Positions 60,034 to 64,000 of a stretch of 64,000 nt of DNA are shown here, piece after piece. Numbering within the stretch: position 1 is the first letter of the stretch; each line of letters starts with the position of its first letter. This stretch comes from Candidatus Methanophagaceae archaeon. Its GTDB lineage: Archaea > Halobacteriota > Syntropharchaeia > Alkanophagales > Methanospirareceae. The stretch lies in contig PQXC01000006.1 of NCBI GenBank assembly GCA_003194435.1, forward strand, positions 3,981-67,980, given 5' to 3'. The translations under genes were made by a program, and so were the position numbers. The notes under the pieces were generated by a model that did no database searches, was not told where the DNA came from, and saw only the letters and a list, made by a program, of their open reading frames with translations.

Positions 60034-60627
60034 TTAGCAACAGTTCAGTGTCCAACCCGGAGCTCCGACTATGTAAGCACGAAGTGTTACGTAATCCATA
60101 GAATCTATTTTTCCATTGCAGTCAACGTCTGCCGCCCATTCACTGGTTATTGTCCAACCTGGTGCCCCAACCACGTAAGCACGAAGTGTTACGTAATCCA
60201 TAGAATCTACTTTTTCATTGCCATCTACATCACCGCATATCCCTACTTGTGGAACGGGTATCGTAAGATTCTGCTCGAACAACCCGCCGTCGGTCATGTT
60301 CTGTGATGTGACCGTAATCGTGCGGTTAGTTGAATTGCCATTATCGCTTGCACTGAAGTACAGCACATCGCCCTCGCTAACGTCACACGACGAAGTTATA
60401 ACCTGATAGTAGTTAGAAGATGCATTCGTCTCCACCGTATAATTCTCACTGGTGTTGAGGTTCGTTATGTTCACATTCGGACCGAGCACTGCGGTTCCAT
60501 TGCTGTATTTCACCCAGCCGTATGCATGGAACGGAGTTGGCGGTTCTGTCGCTGTTGCTACCATCGCTGTTGCTGTGAACATCACTAAAACAGCCAGTAC
60601 CAAAATTATGCTTTTTACCTTTCCCAT
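60034..60627 (-). CDS. Secreted Ig-like + dockerin protein
   Basis: Dockerin DNA near-identical to 55040-55240. Confidence 0.8.
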   Translation of the reverse strand: MGKVKSIILVLAVLVMFTATAMVATATEPPTPFHAYGWVKYSNGTAVLGPNVNITNLNTSENYTVETNASSNYYQVITSSCDVSEGDVLYFSASDNGNSTNRTITVTSQNMTDGGLFEQNLTIPVPQVGICGDVDGNEKVDSMDYVTLRAYVVGAPGWTITSEWAADVDCNGKIDSMDYVTLRAYIVGAPGWTLNCC

Positions 60628-60693
60628 CTTATTATATCATCACCTCCTTCTTGTTCTTGTTCTTCCTTTATACGCTTTTTTTAGCTTCTCATT

Positions 60694-60740
60694 CCCCAAA
60701 AAAATAAAAAAGGGGAAAAAATTTTACATTTTTTCTTTTA
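60694..60740 (-). terminator. Repeated intergenic U-rich element, copy 3
   Basis: CCCCAAAAAAATAAAAAAGGGGAAAAAATTTTACATTTTTT. Confidence 0.55.
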
Positions 60741-60772
60741 GCCCCAGATTTTCTTTTTTCCTGTGAAGTGTG

Positions 60773-61771
60773 TTAGCAGCTCGCGGTCAGCGTTTCAGCG
60801 CTCTTCATGCTTATGAAGTAGCCCTCGCCTCGCTCCATCGTATCGAAGTCATTAAACCCATTTGGCGCAACAGGGTTATAGACCTCAAATTTCTGTGCGG
60901 TGGCGTTCCACCTCGCGACATACCAGTAGTCGCCAGCAATTGAAGGCAACGCATCGTCTATCGGCTTGGAGCAGTTCAGCCAGCCTATCATGTTCAAGCC
61001 CGGCTCCAGCGAAACGTTCATCTGCTTGTATGCCATGCCGGTGTATGTCCACGTGTCAGCGGATGTCATGTGGATAAAGTATCCAACGCCGTTCTCCATC
61101 GTATCTGAGGAACTCAGTGGTACGAAGTTGTGTGCGGAAGCATCGTATTTGTAGAGTGCATCGTATGAGCCGCTCAATGATGCATCTATTATGTTCGCTA
61201 CCGTCATGTCAGTATCGTTGGTCAAAGGCAGTGAAATCAGGTTCCAGCCCTCAACGAGGTCTTTGGTGAATGTCTCTGGTGTTGGGCACGGGCAATTGAA
61301 GGTGCCGTCTATCCACACTTGATTTGGAACGCTATTCCCATATTCGTCATACAATTTTGCTGCTGGAAAGTCGGCGTGGTTTAATGCGCCCGTTCCAGGA
61401 CCGATTGCCTCCAGTGTGACGTTGGCAAGGATCAAGTGTCCAGTGTGATCGTGGAAATCAGGACTGTCACCGCCGAATCTTATGAAATTTTCCTCGTAGT
61501 AAGGTATGACCATCCAATAACTGGTATAAAAACCGGGTTGGACATCGGTTATATTAACTACATTTGGATCGAAGTATAGGTCATCCTGAAAACCCTCAAC
61601 ACCATCGGTCGCATTAACCCACATTGTCACCGTGATTGTCTCGCCGGGTGCTGCGCAGCTGGGGTCCGGATCGAAGTACACCACATTGTCTGCCGTCGCA
61701 GATGTCGTAAGCACTACTAATACTGCCAGCGCTATTCCTATTCCGAATGCTATTCTTCCCGTTTTGTTCAT
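60773..61771 (-). CDS. Secreted cohesin protein with duplicated GWNLISLP-type C-terminal domain
   Basis: Cohesin; LVEGWNLISLP...GVGYFI and LEPGLNMIGW...GEGYFI. Confidence 0.75.
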   Translation of the reverse strand: MNKTGRIAFGIGIALAVLVVLTTSATADNVVYFDPDPSCAAPGETITVTMWVNATDGVEGFQDDLYFDPNVVNITDVQPGFYTSYWMVIPYYEENFIRFGGDSPDFHDHTGHLILANVTLEAIGPGTGALNHADFPAAKLYDEYGNSVPNQVWIDGTFNCPCPTPETFTKDLVEGWNLISLPLTNDTDMTVANIIDASLSGSYDALYKYDASAHNFVPLSSSDTMENGVGYFIHMTSADTWTYTGMAYKQMNVSLEPGLNMIGWLNCSKPIDDALPSIAGDYWYVARWNATAQKFEVYNPVAPNGFNDFDTMERGEGYFISMKSAETLTASC

Positions 61772-61930
61772 TTTTTTCTTTTTCACCTCCTAAGCAACTT
61801 TTTACCTTCGTAAAAAAGCTTGACTTAAAAACTTTTCTTCTCCCATTCTTTCTGTTTTACCTACTTTTCCTTAGAGCCTATTTTTTCATCTCTTTTTAGT
61901 TTCTATTTCCACCCTCTGTCTTTTTATTTG

Positions 61931-61975
61931 CCCCCGAAAAATAAAAAGGGCAAAAACCCAAATTTTTTATTTTGT
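61931..61975 (-). terminator. Repeated intergenic U-rich element, copy 4
   Basis: CCCCCGAAAAATAAAAAGGGCAAAAACCCAAATTTTTTATTTT. Confidence 0.5.
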
Positions 61976-61993
61976 TCTCGTTCAAGGTTGTTG

Positions 61994-64000
61994 TTAACAA
62001 TCTTTGCAACAGTTCAGCGGGTATCCAAAGCCCCAATGATTTCTTATCGCCGATGCATCTGCCCTGTCCACAAAGCCATCACAGTAATTCACATCTGCTG
62101 CCCACAGGTTGCAAATTGCGTATCCAAAGCCCCAATGGTTTCTTACCGCCGCGGCATCTCCTCTATCAACAGAGCCATCACGATTCACATCCCCACATAG
62201 CCGCCACTGCACGACCAGCGGATAGTTGTCTGCTGCCCCCGCTCCACCATCAAGTGCATAAGGAGCATCCGCAATCCCATCACCGTTTGAATCGGGTGCC
62301 GTCCACTTATCCCAGTAGTTGCCCGTGTAGTTCGTGTAGGTTCCACCGTTGTAGCAGTAACTAACTTGCGTGGAAGTGCTCCAGTGGTTGGTCCCGCGGT
62401 TGTCGTATGCCTGCACTCCACCGCCGTTATTGTTTGTAAGGTCATTCCAGTACACATAGTTCCCTGAACTGTTATACAGCTTTATCCCGTAGTTGCCGTT
62501 GTTCTCTATCGTGTTGTTGTATATCACGCTGTCGTTACCATACACGTACACGCCATATATCATATTGTTCCGGGCGAGATTACCCTTTACGGTGCAGTTG
62601 AAGCCTATCAGCTCGATGCCGTATCTGTTATTATATAACGTATTGCACGTCACGTTGATGAATTTCGTCTCTTCAGGGAAGTCTACTTTTCCCACTTCTA
62701 TACCGTATGAGGTTATTGGACGTTCTGTATGGTTACTTATGGTGTTGTTCGTTATATCAATGTGCGTTGATTTTACTACGCTTATCCCTATATCTGAGTT
62801 GTTATATACCGCGCTATTCGTGACCTTTCCGTTAGTGACGTTTTCCATGCATATACCGCTGAAGTAATCGATAAATTTACTATCGTTGTAGCCACAGTGA
62901 TGAACTGTGCACTTGTTGATCACGAAAGGAACAGTTGTGTTCTCTATGGTGATGCCAGCACCTCCACAGTTCGTTATCGTCAGGTCTTCTATGTAGTAAG
63001 TATCGCCCACTTTCGTGGCAAGACCCTCGTTTTCGAGATCGTTAAAGTCGCTGTTGCTCCTCACCACAATCACATACCCCACTTGATGGAACTCTGATTT
63101 TGCATTGCTCTCATCTGACTCACCCACGTTGTCGTCGCAGTCTGCAACCACGGTGAAGTTGTGGCAATCCTCCCCAAGGTTCACATTCGTAAAGCTCACG
63201 GTTGTGCTTTTACCTGCGTCCAGTGGTCCAACACCTGTCACTTTATCATGGAAGCTACCGTCAATCCATAAACTCACATTGAACGCCACTCCTGTCCCTG
63301 CATTGCCCTGATTGAGAATCGTTGCATTTACCGTGAAGTTCTGGTGTGGTCTCGGTGTTTCTGGCTGGAACTCGATGTCAGAGACCACAAGGTCAGGATT
63401 TCCTCCCGAGACTTCTTCTGCAAGCATCGCAGCCCATACGAAGAAACCCTCATAACCACCTCCACACCCACTACAATCATTCCACCAGGTCAAGTTTTGC
63501 GACATGCCACTGTTTATGTTACTTACGGATTTTTGCCACACATCGAACCAGCCATCAGCACAGCCATCAAAAACTTTCGCACCATTGAAGAATAACTTCG
63601 CATACTCGTGGTGGGACTGAGCAGCCCATACAGTGTGGTTCGCGTTCGTATTTATAGAACCATTGAACCAGGTGGTATACGAGGCAACACAATCCTCCTC
63701 TTTCCATAAACCCTGGTTCAGCCACCAGCGTCCATTATGTGTCGCAGGTTCGGTAGTATTGTCAACAACGATGTCCACGAACTTCCACATGCAGTCACAG
63801 TTGGTAATACCACTTAACGTGTTGATGCCCGGAGTTGCATTCACCGTCCAATAATTATGGCTGGTTCCGAAACCGCATTCCCAGTGTCCGTAAGTATCAG
63901 TTTGTGTATTCATGGGAATCGTTATTTGCTGCTGCTGACCCTGAGAATTGGTAAAGGTTGCGGAGCTATCTCCGCTCTGCATCCAGCAATGCCAGTGCAC
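61994..64000 (-). CDS. Secreted protein: CARDB + NosD-like beta-helix + dockerin (5' end outside the window)
   Basis: PDLVVSDI...VADCDDNVGESDESN; NN..GI repeats, GNYW...DGIADAPY; GDVNRDGSVDRGD. Confidence 0.8.
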   Translation of the reverse strand: MHWHCWMQSGDSSATFTNSQGQQQQITIPMNTQTDTYGHWECGFGTSHNYWTVNATPGINTLSGITNCDCMWKFVDIVVDNTTEPATHNGRWWLNQGLWKEEDCVASYTTWFNGSINTNANHTVWAAQSHHEYAKLFFNGAKVFDGCADGWFDVWQKSVSNINSGMSQNLTWWNDCSGCGGGYEGFFVWAAMLAEEVSGGNPDLVVSDIEFQPETPRPHQNFTVNATILNQGNAGTGVAFNVSLWIDGSFHDKVTGVGPLDAGKSTTVSFTNVNLGEDCHNFTVVADCDDNVGESDESNAKSEFHQVGYVIVVRSNSDFNDLENEGLATKVGDTYYIEDLTITNCGGAGITIENTTVPFVINKCTVHHCGYNDSKFIDYFSGICMENVTNGKVTNSAVYNNSDIGISVVKSTHIDITNNTISNHTERPITSYGIEVGKVDFPEETKFINVTCNTLYNNRYGIELIGFNCTVKGNLARNNMIYGVYVYGNDSVIYNNTIENNGNYGIKLYNSSGNYVYWNDLTNNNGGGVQAYDNRGTNHWSTSTQVSYCYNGGTYTNYTGNYWDKWTAPDSNGDGIADAPYALDGGAGAADNYPLVVQWRLCGDVNRDGSVDRGDAAAVRNHWGFGYAICNLWAADVNYCDGFVDRADASAIRNHWGFGYPLNCCKDC

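Overview
Archaeal chromosome segment, most consistent with an anaerobic methanotroph or methanogen such as ANME-1/Methanophagales (inferred from cfbB, cofH, methanogenesis marker 2, cbiD, MCM, aIF5B, thermosome and dnaK). It has three layers. (1) Housekeeping blocks at about 7.2-24.7 kb and 33.2-39.9 kb, with tRNA-Thr(GGT) and an intron-less tRNA-Trp(CCA). (2) Two AT-rich, decaying integron-like gene-cassette arrays, at about 2.3-7.2 kb (minus strand) and 24.8-33.0 kb (plus strand). They are punctuated by a family of attC-like AAC...GTT palindromes and carry an OLD/TOPRIM nuclease, a PIN toxin pair, an endonuclease-like protein, DNA-repair genes and membrane proteins, plus IS3 and IS110 insertions. 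The left array holds two copies of a 200-270 bp unit that is an internally deleted tyrosine-integrase gene (IYTHVSNKDIGEIKSPLDSL). It is co-oriented with the cassettes and followed by a hairpin-TATA-N5-GTT putative attI. (3) A cluster of more than 24 kb (40-64 kb, running off the window) encoding secreted cohesin/dockerin proteins. It has PGF/PEF-CTERM anchors, four dockerin sequence classes, near-identical swapped DNA modules, a repeated intergenic element and a decayed exosortase pair, and resembles a cellulosome-like surface scaffold with no recognisable cellulases. All calls were made by eye from sequence motifs; no searches were run.
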